A stretch of DNA of 64,000 bases, taken from the NCBI RefSeq assembly GCF_964204645.1, contig NC_134027.1:6170485-6234484 (forward strand), written 5' to 3'. The position numbers were made by a program, and so were the translations under genes. Below the pieces are notes generated by a model, which made no database searches, was not told the origin of the DNA, and saw only the letters and a list, made by a program, of their open reading frames with translations. This DNA is from Tubulanus polymorphus (taxonomy: Eukaryota > Animalia > Nemertea). Positions 23,917-38,105 of this stretch are shown here, in pieces; positions within the stretch are counted from its first letter, which is position 1; each line of letters starts with the position of its first letter.

Positions 23917-26469
23917 GTGAGAATGGAATAAACATTTTGGGAATCAGATGTATTGATTTTTCATTCATGTTGGGTATTGGCCAAATAATATCAAATTGTG
24001 TTCAAGTTCAATGTATTAGACATCTGTTTTAAACACATAAGATAGAATCAATGGCATTTTGTCCTGGGTACATGCGGTATTTGGTTGTGTTACCTATTTG
24101 GGAATTGTCCATATGCCTTTTGCCTACTGTATGTCTCTGCAGCAACTTAATTTTGCCTACCATCAAATATGACAACTCATGATTTGGCATTTTTACCTAA
24201 TCTGCATCTTATGCCACTCAACCAGTGTTGTCAGATTGATGCAGCAACAGTAAAAATCATTTCACAATTTGTTTTTGGATGATCTCTCTTTTACTGAATC
24301 AATGTAAACACATGTTCGCGTTCCCATCAGAATTAAGGTTTTTTTTTTTATTGTTGATAGCAACCTGCATTGAATCGCAATTGGCACAAACTAACTGCAA
24401 GTTATTGTATCTTATTGTTATCTCCCTCGGGTCTACTCTTTAGAAATAATTGTTGCTTGATGCGAGAAAAAAGATTTTTCACCTTCAAGGAAACTGCTAT
24501 TTCTGCATTCAATATGTCTCATGCATGCGCAATTTACAGTTCATAATTCACGTCGACTTCAAATACAGTATTTCTGGAATGAGTCCTCCCTAGCAGTTTA
24601 TTACAATGTGATTATTCAATTTACATTGATATGAGTTTGTCAACGGTAAAGTCAGTTATCGATATTATTTAGCAATTTCTTGATGAATCCAAAATTGCCA
24701 TTTACACATCAGTAATAAGATAACTCATCATCGCACGTATTCGCTACAACAAGCCACACAGTCTCGTCATAGATTCAACATCAATCTCTACATTATTTAT
24801 CCTCACAAATCCTGCTTTTATCAAAAAATGATTTGTGTCCTTTAATAACTTACTATCTCGGAACGACGGCCCATTATTTTAAACTTGCGCCTATGATCTT
24901 CCTTATACATTATCAAAGCGCATTAAATTCTCATTGTTAAGGACTGGGAGCTTGTTGGAATTGTACGCGACGCTTTTCGATGGTTAAACTGAAACATTGA
25001 ACAGGGTTTGTGTCACATTATTTTGCGATGATGGAATGGAATAAGTCCGTGTCAATTCGATGGATGTTCATCGCGCGTTGGATGCAATCAATCAAAAATG
25101 TTTGTAGGGTAAGAAAGTCGTCGTTTCGCGCGCGGTGATCAATGGCGTCGTGTAAGATTCTTAACCGCGATGAAGCAAATTTCTGCTCGCACGAGATATT
25201 ATCGTGAAATCTATTATTCAAAGTTAGTCAGGTATCGTATTATATCAGGAAAGCACCGCGGTGCCATTGAACGTTGAAAGCAAATGAAAAAAAAATCGAA
25301 ATCAAAAGTAATTTTGATCACTCGTTTTTTCATTTGTTTCTCGATGAAATGCAAATTATGTAATTTGATGAACATTTCACATGAGCCTGACGTGAATTGA
25401 TCGTGTGGAAATTAGTGTCGGAATAAGCATGTATATATATTTCTGACAATAGAAGAAAGGTTATGCCAAAAAATGATCTCACATTTAGCCAAGATAAGCT
25501 TACATCTTAGCTGAGCTAAAATCTTCTCCATCTTAGGAGTTAGATCTTAGCTGATTCTAACTTTTTGATAATCGTACGTATTTTTCGAGGCCATCTCGCA
25601 GGTTTTTGATTGGTATGTTATTCATAGTTAGAAATATTGTTGTTGCTATATAAACAGCAAACTGGTGATCGAAATGCTTGAAATCAACATCACTTTGTTT
25701 AAACAACTATGTCACTTCTGAGCAAACATTGCCAACTCCTTGAAATATAGGCACCTTAGCTTGTATATTGATCGCCAATGCTTTATTCAGACTAACCTTG
25801 CTCTGTTCAGATAAAAGTAAATCTACAGTGAATGTTTATACCATGAGTTGGAATGAACCAGGATTTAAACACTTAAATCTAAATGTGGAACTCAATCCTG
25901 TTAGTAAATTTTTTTTTCCAAATATCTTGTCTTCGAAATTTAATCTATTTACCATCACAGGGTGCAATGCAGGATCCTGCGCGGGCCTAAGTAGTCCTAG
26001 GTTTTATGATTAACTCTAAAACAGTAAGTGGTTTTATGAATGATATACTCTGAGCTTGAATTACTCTGGACAGTGCCTGGAGACCGATTATAGACTGAAT
26101 CTTTAATTGGAATTGCGCTTTTAGTTGTGTCAATTGAATTAAAACGACGCAATATTTTTTCCTGCGCTCATTCTACATAAATCATGATCCGTATTTTTTC
26201 AATTGGTGCTCGACCATTGTACTGTGTACATTGTGAAATACTCATGAGTGTAGGACTGGCTGTTCTAGTTTAGAGAATTTCCTCATACTCCATTAGCTAA
26301 AAAAGACTAATAATGTTATTATTCCCAGTTGAACAGTGAGACTTACCAGTATTAAATAAAACATAGGGTTGTTAGGATTTCTGTGAATATTATACCTCCA
26401 AAGTTAGATGTATTTTTCATTCATTCTCCCCTGAGGATGCTAACATAATTCATCATATTTTCTGCTTTA

Positions 26470-27050
26470 TGGGTATATTTGTCTCAAAGGTATATTTTGA
26501 AAGATTTTTGTTCATTGGCCTGGATGCCTGGGTATAAGATATTGTTACCTCACGGGGGTCCTGAGTAGAATTAATATCACGATATCAACTGAGTCTTCAA
26601 AAGATATCAAAGGTTCTTTCTTATATATGGAAGCAGTCATATAAATGTTACACACTTTGCCTGAGATGATGTTAAGACTATGGATCCAATTTGACGGAGG
26701 TGTTTCGGCAGATATTCTATGAAGCCCCTCATAGATATTGCTAATCCCATCATAATATGAGATATGCCTGATAAGCATTGATAGAATTTGGCATTTTATG
26801 TATCACTGGTTGCAGGACATGATCTCTCGTAGGATTGGGATTAACCCTTGTACATTGTTCTCTCCACCAGGGGGAGTTGAGTATTCAAATATATGCAAGC
26901 TGTATTGCAAAGTTGATGATGTTCTAGGAGTGTGGCAAGTTTCTAGGTCATCGTCTTCTGGGTAAATTCACTAGGGGGTGTTGTATATTGATATTGTCTG
27001 ACTGTGGCATTACCAGTTCCCAAGTGGGCATAAGACAAGCTGCATAATCA
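26470..27050 (-). mobile_element. Possible decayed non-LTR retrotransposon fragment
   Basis: A stop-interrupted minus-strand frame (..ACLMPTWELV..NIINFAIQLAYI*IL..NWIHSLNII..) loosely resembles L1/Tx1 ORF2 C-termini. It is CpG-depleted and abuts a tRNA-like head. Confidence 0.25.
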
Positions 27051-27057
27051 CTGGCCA

Positions 27058-27128
27058 AGACTATTGGTCTAGTGGTTAGCTTGCTTGCCTTCTACGTACG
27101 AGACCCAGGTTCGATCCCTGGAGTGCGC
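27058..27128 (+). mobile_element. tRNA-derived sequence (SINE head or tRNA pseudogene)
   Basis: Pol III A box TGGTCTAGTGG (27065) and B box GGTTCGATCCC (27108) with a T-stem CCAGG/CCTGG. The acceptor and anticodon stems pair poorly, so it is not called a functional tRNA. Confidence 0.6.
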
Positions 27129-29092
27129 GTAATTTCACTGTCACTTCCCCAATTGTTTCAAATGTCCCTGAAATATTCGTTTGTGCTCAAGGTTGGTGGT
27201 TTAAAGATATTGTACATTATTATTCATGTATCATGCATCTCTGGGCTAATCATAGAGGTGTGGTTAAATGAAAACCAGAGAAAGTATAACCTTTCAACAT
27301 ATCATGATTAACACGATCTGTTAGAAAGAATGGTATGAAACATGAGATGTTCAAAGACATTTTGCTTTTATATTTGGCAGAAATATGAACTCCGTCACAT
27401 AAAAAGAAACAACTTACACGTGATAGCAGTTTTTTTTCATTTGACTATCATACATGGAGACAGATGGACCACTTTTCAGATGAAAATATTCCGAAGTTAA
27501 TATTTTATGTATGATTATATCATGAATAAGCTAGTCTACCGTATGTTTTCCTAATTTAACTCAAGGGAAATTATAGTGAGTATAAAACATTATGATTACA
27601 AGATTACATGATAAACCTCAACTGTTCTTTATTTACACGTGAAATCCTTTAGCAGCCAGCCGTGAATAAAACTAATCTTTGCCGAGTATTTGTATAGCGG
27701 ATTTACTTTTTACACACTTTCACAGCAATTTCTTGGGGTTAAGTTTGAACAGCCCCTCAAACAAACAAACAACTCCCATTTGCAGAGAACAGCGTACCGG
27801 GAAAGAAAAAGAAACCAAACAAACACACGGGTTTCTCTTAGAAATTGGTTGGTCAATATTAGGTAATTCTTATATTCCAGTAGTTAAGCCTCAGTTACAA
27901 TTCCCCATCTGGAACATATATATTTGTATGTTAACAGTGATTTGTAAAATGGATGTCTCCAACATGAGCTTATCATTGATTTATCCTGTCTTATACCTCC
28001 ATGTCGAAAACTAATTCCGACTGATAGTAGTTTTTACAAGTACCTGCCACATGGATGAAATCGTAATTGCATCGGAGTCTGAAGAGACTGGCAATCATCC
28101 TCTCTCGGGTCATTGATGATGAAAACTACACATTTAAAAAATCAAGCTCATTAAACCGAAATGTACAGGGAATTTTGAATAGGTATTGCGCTCCGTACAG
28201 TGAACTTGTCACCTGAAGTCATTATCCCTTCACTTGATCTACGGGCGCCGTAATGAGCAAATTGCTTTCACTATATAACCATGGACTTATAACTTATTAC
28301 CACAGTGCTATTATTGTCTGAATAATAGTTTATTTCCGGTAGGGATCGTTGCCTCACTGAAGGTATATTAAGAAACGTATACATAGCGCACGCGACTGTG
28401 GCTTCTTTTTGAAGGTACACTGTTTTGAAATATTTTTAGTGCATAGAAATACTTTAAAAATAGGAAAAAGTTTGATTTTAGATTCGACCCACTGAATTTT
28501 TTTCGGAAGCAAATTTCACGGGTAATTTTAAAGTTTTTAATTTACGAAGTATACATGGTTGCGCTTTTCAGTCTATACAGTGTACTTATCTTTGTAGAAT
28601 ATGACAGTGCTGATGAGAATATTCTGCAACCTTTTGAAAGGTTTTAACGACAACTTAGAGCTTGTCGAGTTTTCGCTATCAATAACTTTCATTTCAACGG
28701 GGAGTAATTAGGTTTCACTTTTTCTCTTTTACTTCAAAGTGATTGCGCTATCGTTCTGCCTAGGGATTCTCTTGCTTGAAAAGATTTTTTATGAAATATC
28801 CATCAGACGAGATAAAGTCAGATCTGGTAGGAAAAGTCTTGTGAACTTGTAGCAGACTATAATTGCCATCGCTATCTCACACGTAGCAGTGGAGGCCGTT
28901 TCATTGCTGCTTCTCACAGGAATTAGAGAGCTCGTCTCCACGTCTCCACGCTGTTACGCTAAAGGTAAATATCTCTGAATAAGAGTGTATTTATTCATAA
29001 GAAAAACAATTTGCTAGATATATTCACTGTTACCTAAATCAGCTTTCCGTCTAAGCTAGTAAGACTGATATATATTGAATATAGCATAGGTA

Positions 29093-29403
29093 TGGTGGCT
29101 GATTCTGGCCAAAAAGAGAATGACGCTTAGTCTCCACAGATTCATTTTTCTTACTGCATGCCATGAAAACTCCATGTAAACCCAATTTTAGTAATAAAGC
29201 CACATTGAAACCAACTTTTCATTTTAACATGGTCTTTTTTGTTTTAACGCCACATTAACACCAACTTTTCATAATGTAGTAATTAATGTTAAAAAGACCA
29301 CACGAAACATTGGTTTCAATGCGGAGTTTTCATGTGATATAGAATAAAATGGTTGAGATTGAGTGTTAAAACCTTTTGTAAATGTGGCCTGAATCAGCCA
29401 CAG
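29093..29403. mobile_element. Tc1/mariner-type MITE
   Basis: TIRs GTGGCTGATTCTGGCCA / TGGCCTGAATCAGCCAC, TA on both flanks, and internal GCCACATT..ACCAACTTTTCAT repeats. Confidence 0.7.
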
Positions 29404-32400
29404 TACATTAGAATTCTAAAGGTTTGTGCTTTTGAAAGAATTATTCTTGATATTTAGATGATCAAGATGATCAGCAAATCAGGTCGATATATAGGGTTGG
29501 TGCTTTTTATGTACCCTTTTTGGCTCAGTGGCCTTGCAATTTTCAATAATATTCTGCTGTCTATGTTGGTTTCCCATTTTTCACAGTAATCATTACGGAA
29601 AACAGTAATCCACTTAAAAGTACTACAAGTACTACCCTATATACTAGTGCACCCGTTTTCTAAATGCACCTCTGACTGTAGTAGTTGTCTGATGTTTGAG
29701 TTGTATATGTACTAAATTCATCAATCTGCTTCATATGAACTGGTATACCTATGTAAACAAGTTACAGGAATAACCTGTGCAATATTACTGTTCATTCCAG
29801 GTAGAAATTTACTACTGAAATATCATATAGGCATTCTTTATTCTGTTTCTACATAGATTGATTGCCTGGCTTTTGAAGCCTCTCTGTCATAATTTTTGTT
29901 CGATTCTGATGTGAAAATCCCTGTTGGTAGTTATGCCGTAATCTCGATTGTACCTAAATATTACTTAGTATTATCTTACGTTGCCGCACATAAACCTGCA
30001 GCTGTTTGAGATTAATGCGAAAAGAAATGTCGATAAAAATGCCAAAAATACTGACATTTTTCTAGCAAATATCAAGAGCTATACCACACTTATAGTTAGA
30101 CATCGTTATCTTCATCCTTCACATACCACAAGCAGCCTCATTTTATGATTTATGCGTTCGTACCTTCTTCGAATGTGATAACTCACATATTAGATTTGAC
30201 CTTTTCTAATGTTAAGGAAAAGACTTAATTATTCACCACGATTTGCCAGCAAAAGTCCTTTATCATCGATGTGAATTCTGCAATTTAGATTACCCCCAGG
30301 ATTCTCGTGCAAAATGATTGGATTGATATCGTAATTCATTCGCTTCTTTGATGATATTTTCTAAGGAATAATTTCTATTTTATACGACTGACAAAATGAT
30401 CAATTTCTCCGAGTTGATAACCGGCAGTGCATAAAGGAAGTTCCTATGCTTTAGTAGTTACAGGTAGTCAATTGAATTCAGCTTTTATGAAGATTTACTG
30501 TGAATTTCATCGAGCCACTTGATTCTCTTCGAAGTGAGCGACATGACAGTGGCTGTAAATTGTCAGAGACCAGCATCTGAAGACTTTTATATCATTATTC
30601 GCGTCTAGAACTTCTTTAATTGACTTTCTTACTTGAGCGCACGAGTTCGGGTTTCATCGTGCATATTACGGATTAATCGCTTCTTCCAGATTTTGACTTC
30701 GCGATTTCGTTTTTCTGACATGCAGAAAGGTGGTTGCCTTAGGCTAGATTGTAGTTCTGCTACTGTTCACAGAAAAAAAATAGAAAAGCTACAATATCCT
30801 GCCACAGCTGACAGGATGAGTTATTTTTATCATCATAAAGGATCCTACTGCATGATTCAACGTTTGAATTCCCTCCTCGCCTTGGGGTAACCGAGCTGAT
30901 TGAGACCTTGTTGACTGTTCTAGCATCTAAACATCGGTGATTTGTGGTGTGCTGATGTCGCTAATTAATTGCCAAGTTTTATTGTGACACTTCAGGGGGG
31001 AAAGCTTGATGAGGCTTTATGACAATGTTGTCGTCTTATCCACCATATATCTCGCGAATAATGCTCGGATGATTATCCCTCGAGGGGAGGCCACAATTTA
31101 CTAAGGGTTTTGTGGGATGGAAAGGTGGTTTATCATTTGAGGTGTGCGCATGAATTATGAATGCACGCCAAGCCATTTTTTCTGTAGGTAATCGCCTCTG
31201 GTTATGAATAATGATATGAACAAATAACTCGTTGTGCGGTGTCAATTTATGAAAATTTCGTCATCACCTGTCTCTCAAGGTGATCGTAATGTAGCCAGAT
31301 TTTGGATGTTCTAACCGATGCGCGTATAAAGAAAACTAACTTGACGCCAAAAAATAGCACATTGTCAGATCTTTCACTTCTTCAGCTGATGATAAGTATC
31401 AAGAATATGTCTGAGGCTGTAACTTTATTCCATGCACAGTTTGTGCTTTTCAATAAGTTTCTCCCCTTATGAATAACAAACGACGGGTTTAGAAATATCG
31501 ATTCGAAGCGACTCGTCTTTTTCAAAATATTAATAAATGCGAAGATCTAAGGCGACTGGATGATCGTCTGGTTGTCGATGTAAATTCATTGAATTTGGGA
31601 TTGAATTTCCTGCATCTGTTTCCCGCGTTTCAGTCGAGTTTAATAATCCCCTGATACCGAGAGCTTTATTAATTTGATTTCAGATCGTAGAAGTCATTCA
31701 GTCAATATAGACTACTACTACGTTCTTTGTATTTAAACTATTCCGACACGCAACGGGAAATAAAGAATGATTGAATTAAGCGCGTTCTGAATTCGCCCGT
31801 AGCGGCGTCAGGATGAAGAATTCAACCCTTCGTTGACGTATCATCTGACGGATGTGACGGGAATGAAAATCTTTTTGATCCTTGTTTGTATTTCATCGAA
31901 TGAGGTGGAAATGGGGACCGATGACAACATCAGCCACTGGACATTATCCGTATATGTACGTAGTACAGCTGAGTATCAGTAAAGATAACTACATTTTACC
32001 ATACGCATTCACACTGAACCTTGTGTTCGTGCTAGGCTCGAGTAGTTTCATCTCCGAGTTCTTCGCAGATTTTCTGGCGACGCAATGGACCTGAATGTGA
32101 TTGATGCGAAACGAATTGCGCTATAAAGCTGTGAAGTATCGTCGAGATTGGTAGAAAATCCTGAAAAAGCGAGCGTCATGATTCGAGAACTTCTTAAAAA
32201 GCAAAACGTTGTTACTAATCGACTCGTCTCGTAATGTAATATAGAATGTATCTATGTATATAAGGCAGGTTCTTCATAGATTGAATGTTCCCAACTGATT
32301 TGATTTACTGCATCGACTCTCAAGTGTCGCATCCATTTTTCTAAAGTGCTTCACAAATTGCTAGTACGGCGCTCAGTGTATCAGAAGTGTTAGAGAATAT

Positions 32401-33034
32401 AGTTAGGATAAGACGCAGGTCGCAATCATCGAGGGATACTACCAGCAACAAAGATGTGTTTTAAGGTGGTTTGCAAAGTTAATTGACTAGGGAACTAGAA
32501 GATGGAACCTATACACCTTGTAAGGTAGCAGAAATGTTAAGTTAATGTCAGGATATTAGGAAACCTTACTTGGGTTCTGTTAACTGAAAGCTCCTTCGAC
32601 CCGGTGAGGTGCACATTCAAGGCTAATTTTACCATGCCACCTGAGCTCAAATAATGTACTGAATCAATACTAAATCCATCAAGCAGCAACCGCGATAGTT
32701 TATGGTGTCAGGCATTAGATAAATGATGGATACTTTAAACTAAAAATGGAAATTGACAAATTGTTTGTTCTACAATAAGCCTAGCTACAAATGATTATCA
32801 TCCATTAGCGATCTTAACATCCTTGTCAGGTATTCTGTTTTGATATCGGATATGCTGTCTATCGAGGGCCTGGTATCTTTGAGAACAACATGGTTGCAAA
32901 CACTGCGATAAAAATCACGATTCAAGTCTGTGCAATCCACATCGAGATTTAGCTTGACAAAATATGGGCATTGTTCAAATCCTTGTTTTCTGACATTTTA
33001 GGATGGCAAGTCTTGATCTTGTATGACTTTGCTA

Positions 33035-33072
33035 CCTAGAGCAGGGATCAAGTCAATGATCCCTGCTCTAGG
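33035..33072. repeat. Perfect 16-bp hairpin with a 6-nt loop
   Basis: CCTAGAGCAGGGATCA-AGTCAA-TGATCCCTGCTCTAGG. Confidence 0.9.
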
Positions 33073-33622
33073 ACCTTCTAGTCTCAGTGTAGCCTGAGAG
33101 GTTTAATTTCTTAGCCGGGAGTGATTAATATAGGTTTAATGGTATTCACGTTCAGCCAATCTGTGCAGTCGTTTGGAATCTATTGGTCTATCATTTCCAA
33201 AGTCATGATCATATCGGGGACGTACGAACCTAACCTTTATCAATGCGGACTTTATTCAAGGCATTTCAATTAGTTTGGAACTCCAGCCACACACAGCATC
33301 TATACACTGATATCTGTGATGGATGATATTGTGAACATTTTTATCCAGTCCGTCCTTTTAATGAATTTTTACTTGTATATTGAAATTTGCATATCATTGC
33401 CATTTACAGTGAATTGGTATGAATTATGCAATACAGACCGACCCTCAAATGGTTTAAGAAATCGTTGCCTTGACAGTTCTTGTTTCTATAGTACCTTGAA
33501 TCTATAAATCCATGATAAGATGATTGAATATTAATAAGATGTAGAAGGACGCATTAGCGTAGACATATTTCACTAGCACTTGTCAATGTTTGATAAGAGA
33601 TAATCCTGCATGTTCGCATTAA

Positions 33623-34325
33623 AGCCACATTCACACTATCACTAGATGGGTCCCTACTGTACCAGGTACGTTCCAAATTTAGAACAGGCCAAATCAGAGT
33701 GTGCATTAATACACACCCAGCTGAATTGGCTACAGAGAGTTATCACAGGCCCCGCAAAATGTCGCCATGTGTATTTTACCCTGAAATGAATATCCAGATG
33801 ATAGATTTATCTTAGGCCTATGTGGCTGTTATTTATTCTAAAAATTTTGCTGACTGCAGTTTATCATCCTATCTGGACGCATGGTAAATTCTATGGTAAA
33901 TTCTAGGACATTTTCAAAACAATTAAAACGGATATTCCGCAAGCAACACATGCAATTGACAGATTTTATGATAAATGATAATCCTAAATAGCCTACATTA
34001 AAGTTTAAGGCAATAAAGAAATTGTATAAAATCTGAAAACTCTATAAATCTTGTAAATCAGCTTGATGATCAATGGGTGATCAGTTTATTAAAATTGAAT
34101 TCATACCGCAGAGTATGATTTAGAACGGACCTGGAACCAGTTTCTGTCCACACACAGATTTAGTCCATTCCAAAATTTAGAATGGACCTGGATCAGTCTT
34201 TTAGGTCGGTCCAAATTTGAACCGACTTATATGGAATGGACTTTGCAAGTATGAATGCTTGGTCCATACTAAATTGGAACGGGCCAAATTTAGACCAGTG
34301 TAAATAAGGTTGTGTGAATGCGGCT
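33623..34325. mobile_element. PIF/Harbinger-type non-autonomous element
   Basis: TIRs AGCCACATTCACAC / GTGTGAATGCGGCT, TAA TSD on both sides, and subterminal CCAAATTT(A/G)GAAC repeats. Confidence 0.75.
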
Positions 34326-37300
34326 TAAGATAAAACAAAACCTTTAAACTCGGGGGGGGGGGGGGAGGAAAATGGAAACCTGTGCAATTGAAAATTGAAA
34401 CACATAGCACCGAGGTCTCTATAACGAATAGCATAGTTTGTCTCGACTACTGACGACTGTGGGGAAAAATATAGATCGATTATCATGTATTCTTGTTCAA
34501 CAAGCACACGCTTGAGAGAGTTGATTATTACAGCAATCCTGGACTATGGAACCACTTCATAGTTAGAATGCATCATATCGGTGATTCTGATGATTCTGAA
34601 ATTGCCACTACTGAGATCGGAACTTACAGACCTGCACATTTTGCCATACAGATTATTGGCAATTACATGGAAAAATCTCAGAACTGCTATTGGAAAAGAA
34701 TAAGTTACTCGAGCGCTCCGGCGTTATGTGACAAGTTTGACGAACAAGTGTAGGCTCTTGTGAGTCTAATCTACGTGACTGAATTTCCCCGTATCAATTT
34801 AATCTTGAGAAGGAAATGTCGCTGATTTAGAGAGAAAAGGCATTAAACTTCCTTCCCGTATCAAGTTTCCCTTGTTGAAAAATGGTTCGTCATGTTTGAT
34901 CTAAATGCTGAACTTTTTTTAGAACTGATTCAGCTTCTAAAAAATCTTATGTTGACTTTCTGACATCTTCACGCATGGAAAACGACGTATGCGGGGATTT
35001 ACATCATCATTGTCTGGCGCATTTGAAATTAATGCCTATCGGTGCCATTTGACCGCGCAGGAATTCACTATCAGAATACGGTGGCTTAATATTCGCCGAG
35101 ATGGCAATTTTGATGGGCGCATTATCTGTGACGCGGCATTAACAAGCAGTACGTGGAAACTTCCACTACACATAAATCCAATCCGTGACTTGATTCCCTC
35201 TCGATGGAATTTATTTCAATATTGATAAACTTTGTGCCACTGGTAGTAGCTCCGCAATAATAAAGCTGTTGTCGCACGTAAAGCTCAACGCGCATTACCG
35301 AACATTTCCCTTAGAACTTTTTTCGCTGAGCGTCATCTGCGTGAGGTTATTTAAACCACCTCCGAACAGTATATATTGAAAGTGAAATGAAAAGTTGTAG
35401 TAGAAACCGGTTGTGCGACTCGTTCATGTATGACATTTGGATAACGTCGGCTAATTCGCGTGATCATTAGTTATACAAGACGCATTAGTAAGACGCATAC
35501 TCGATGGTTCTATAGTGGTACTCTTCCACGAGTCCTACAAATGCACATTAACGAGACAAAAATATCATTTCCGTCAAACACAGTGAACGCTGAATCTTGA
35601 ATCTGGTCGTATGATACCGAAAAGATTTCGAGATTGAAGTTAAATGATTTACATGAACATATTCGGAGAGTTGGAGCCTGATAAGAAATTTATCGTCTAT
35701 ATTCGTCTGGTAACGTGGCTCAAGTGGCCTCAGCTTATGTCAATCAGTCCGACGTAAGTGTGTGTACATTAGTTTGATGTATAGGATATTGGGACATCAG
35801 ATCCCATTTATGCGATGCCGATCTCTGATACTGTCACCTTAAGAAGATATATAACATGGAAATTGTGAATACTCTCTCTGTGTATAATGCATTTTGCCCA
35901 CATCTTCAAAACGTGTGCTGTAATTAATGGCTTAACTCTATACAAAATTGGCTCAAATATCTTCTGATCTTAGACATGACCACGTTTTAGGGATAACGTT
36001 AAAACTCAAGAAAGTCGAAAATTCTCTGCAGCATCGTTGAGAAGCAGTAAAAATGTATTCTTGTTATTGTGTTGTCTGACAGGTATAGACTCTCTCATAA
36101 CTTTTCATGCAGCTCTAAGCCGCGTTGGCAACTTCCGCATTTAACATTCGCTTAATCTGACTTCGCTGTGGAATCAAGGATATTCTTGGCAAGACTGTGC
36201 TATTCAAGTAGGCCTACTTTGGTGGTTTTATTAGGTAAGACAGGAACCTTAAGTTTGAATAATATAATGTGGTACTTGATGTGCTTACTTAGTGATCAAT
36301 TCTAATGTGGCAAAGAATGCAAAGATTTCTTTCAACCGCTGAAGTTTACTATGATTAAAATCTGAAGTATTCTTTAAATGCCTGCTGTATTTAGTATTTC
36401 TGACCATGAACTGACGAAAAATGAATAGAGCCTTCGTACATCAATTATTGATTGACAGAGTCTTGTGTTTTTCGATACCTCTGATGGGTGTTCATACTAT
36501 TCTCTAGAGAAATGAATATTTATGGATGGGACTCACTCTTAGGTCACGTATCGTAGAAAGCTTCTGTAAAAAATCAGAAGGGCTCGGAGTGTCTATATAA
36601 TGGTCATTTCTTGGATATCACAATGAGCCACTTGATGGATGATTACGTTTGAACTCTATTACTTACTAATTGAGCCATCAATTTTCTATTGAGCGATCAA
36701 AGTTACTTCACCGTGCCTAAGATGTGGCATGGTTATTAGTCACCCCATCATCAAAGCTAACCCCAGCACTCTATTCCCCTTATCGTTGGAACGTTTATCC
36801 ACTATCTCTGCCTGGAAAAAACCAGCTGCTGACTTGAATGAACTTTGCATCATTTGAGGTGAAACGACTTTGCTGGTAATTGCCATCACAGCTTGCTCTT
36901 CAAGTTTTTCGACATTTCAGGATATATGTTTAAATTAGCATAGATAGTAATTGTATCACCCCTAAAGGCGTAATTATCCCAGGAAATTGTAACATGTCTT
37001 AATTAATTCTGTCAAAATTATGCTATTACTTGGTTTTTGCTTTTGAGAAATAGGTAAAACCTGTATTGCAGTGAAGCTTTCTGTACTTTGTTTTCCCGGA
37101 ATACAAAATATCCCAGTTATTTGTCAGCTGCTAATGGTCGTTTCTTTGCTAGGACATAAAGTGTTCTTTGTTAAGAAACCTGTCAGTTAAGTGTGTGTCA
37201 TTCTGACTGATTCTCTTGGTAGAATGATATCCGTGACTGTTTAATGAGAACTGCTATCCCTCGCGGGTTTGCAGGTGTGAATGTAGTGGTGCTAAGATCT

Positions 37301-37565
37301 TCTACCGATTAGTTTTTCCAACTTTATCTGCATAAACTTGCTTGAGTTTGCTCCATCAATAGCAAATTACGCTATTACTACAAACCTACATCTGAGAACT
37401 AATGTGTGTAAGCTAACCCCAGGCCCAGGCCCTCATTATCACAAACAGTTCTTTCCACCAAAAGCAAAACTAGATCCTGATTCGAAATAAGTTTTTGACT
37501 CGGAAGAATTTCATTCTATAAAAGATGCATATTAGACTCTGCTATTAAAACTTGTAATTGTATAA

Positions 37566-38105
37566 TTATATCCCCGCATGATGTGGGGGAATATTATGGT
37601 TTAAGCTGTACCATCGTACTGTGTTGGCATGAAGTAAGCATTACGGCAATAACTCAAAGACTGGTGCAAATAAAAATCCTTAAATCTTCATTTTTGGTGT
37701 GTGGTGGCATGAAAACGAACCCTTTTTAATTTGGAAGGAATCACATTGTCAAGATGGCTGACTGGCAGCCATCTTGGAATCCAAAAATGTACATTTTGGC
37801 CTATAACTGTGTTTTTTCATGCATGAGTATTGATATTTCACATGAGAATGTTAAATCACATTGTATATCAGTATATGGAGCTAGGTCATAATGCAGGTCA
37901 TTAAACCATCCAAGATGGTTGACTGGTGGCCATCTTTGATTCCAAAAATGTACTTCTATTTCCTGAGCAATGATAGTTTATAAAATAGTTGATTTTCAAG
38001 GATTACCTGATGAGAAACTAAGTAACCGCCTAGCAATTTTTAACAACAACCAATGCTCATGCCAAACCTGGGTTTGGGGATATTCATGTGTTTGCACAAC
38101 ACTAG
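37566..38105 (+). mobile_element. Non-autonomous Helentron/Helitron-like (HINE/DINE-type) element
   Basis: 5' TTATATCCCCGC..GGGGGAATATT hairpin; 3' GGGGATATT subterminal IR followed by a short hairpin and CTAGTTTTT. The internal block CAAGATGG.TGACTGG.(A/G)GCCATCTT.GA.TCCAAAAATGTAC is duplicated. Confidence 0.6.

Noticed and set aside
27058-27128. Functional tRNA gene
   Set aside because: The acceptor and anticodon stems do not pair properly and no oligo-T terminator follows directly. Kept as SINE head or pseudogene.
34201-34507. ORFs with poly-proline runs
   Set aside because: An artefact of a G homopolymer (~34352-34365) next to a MITE.
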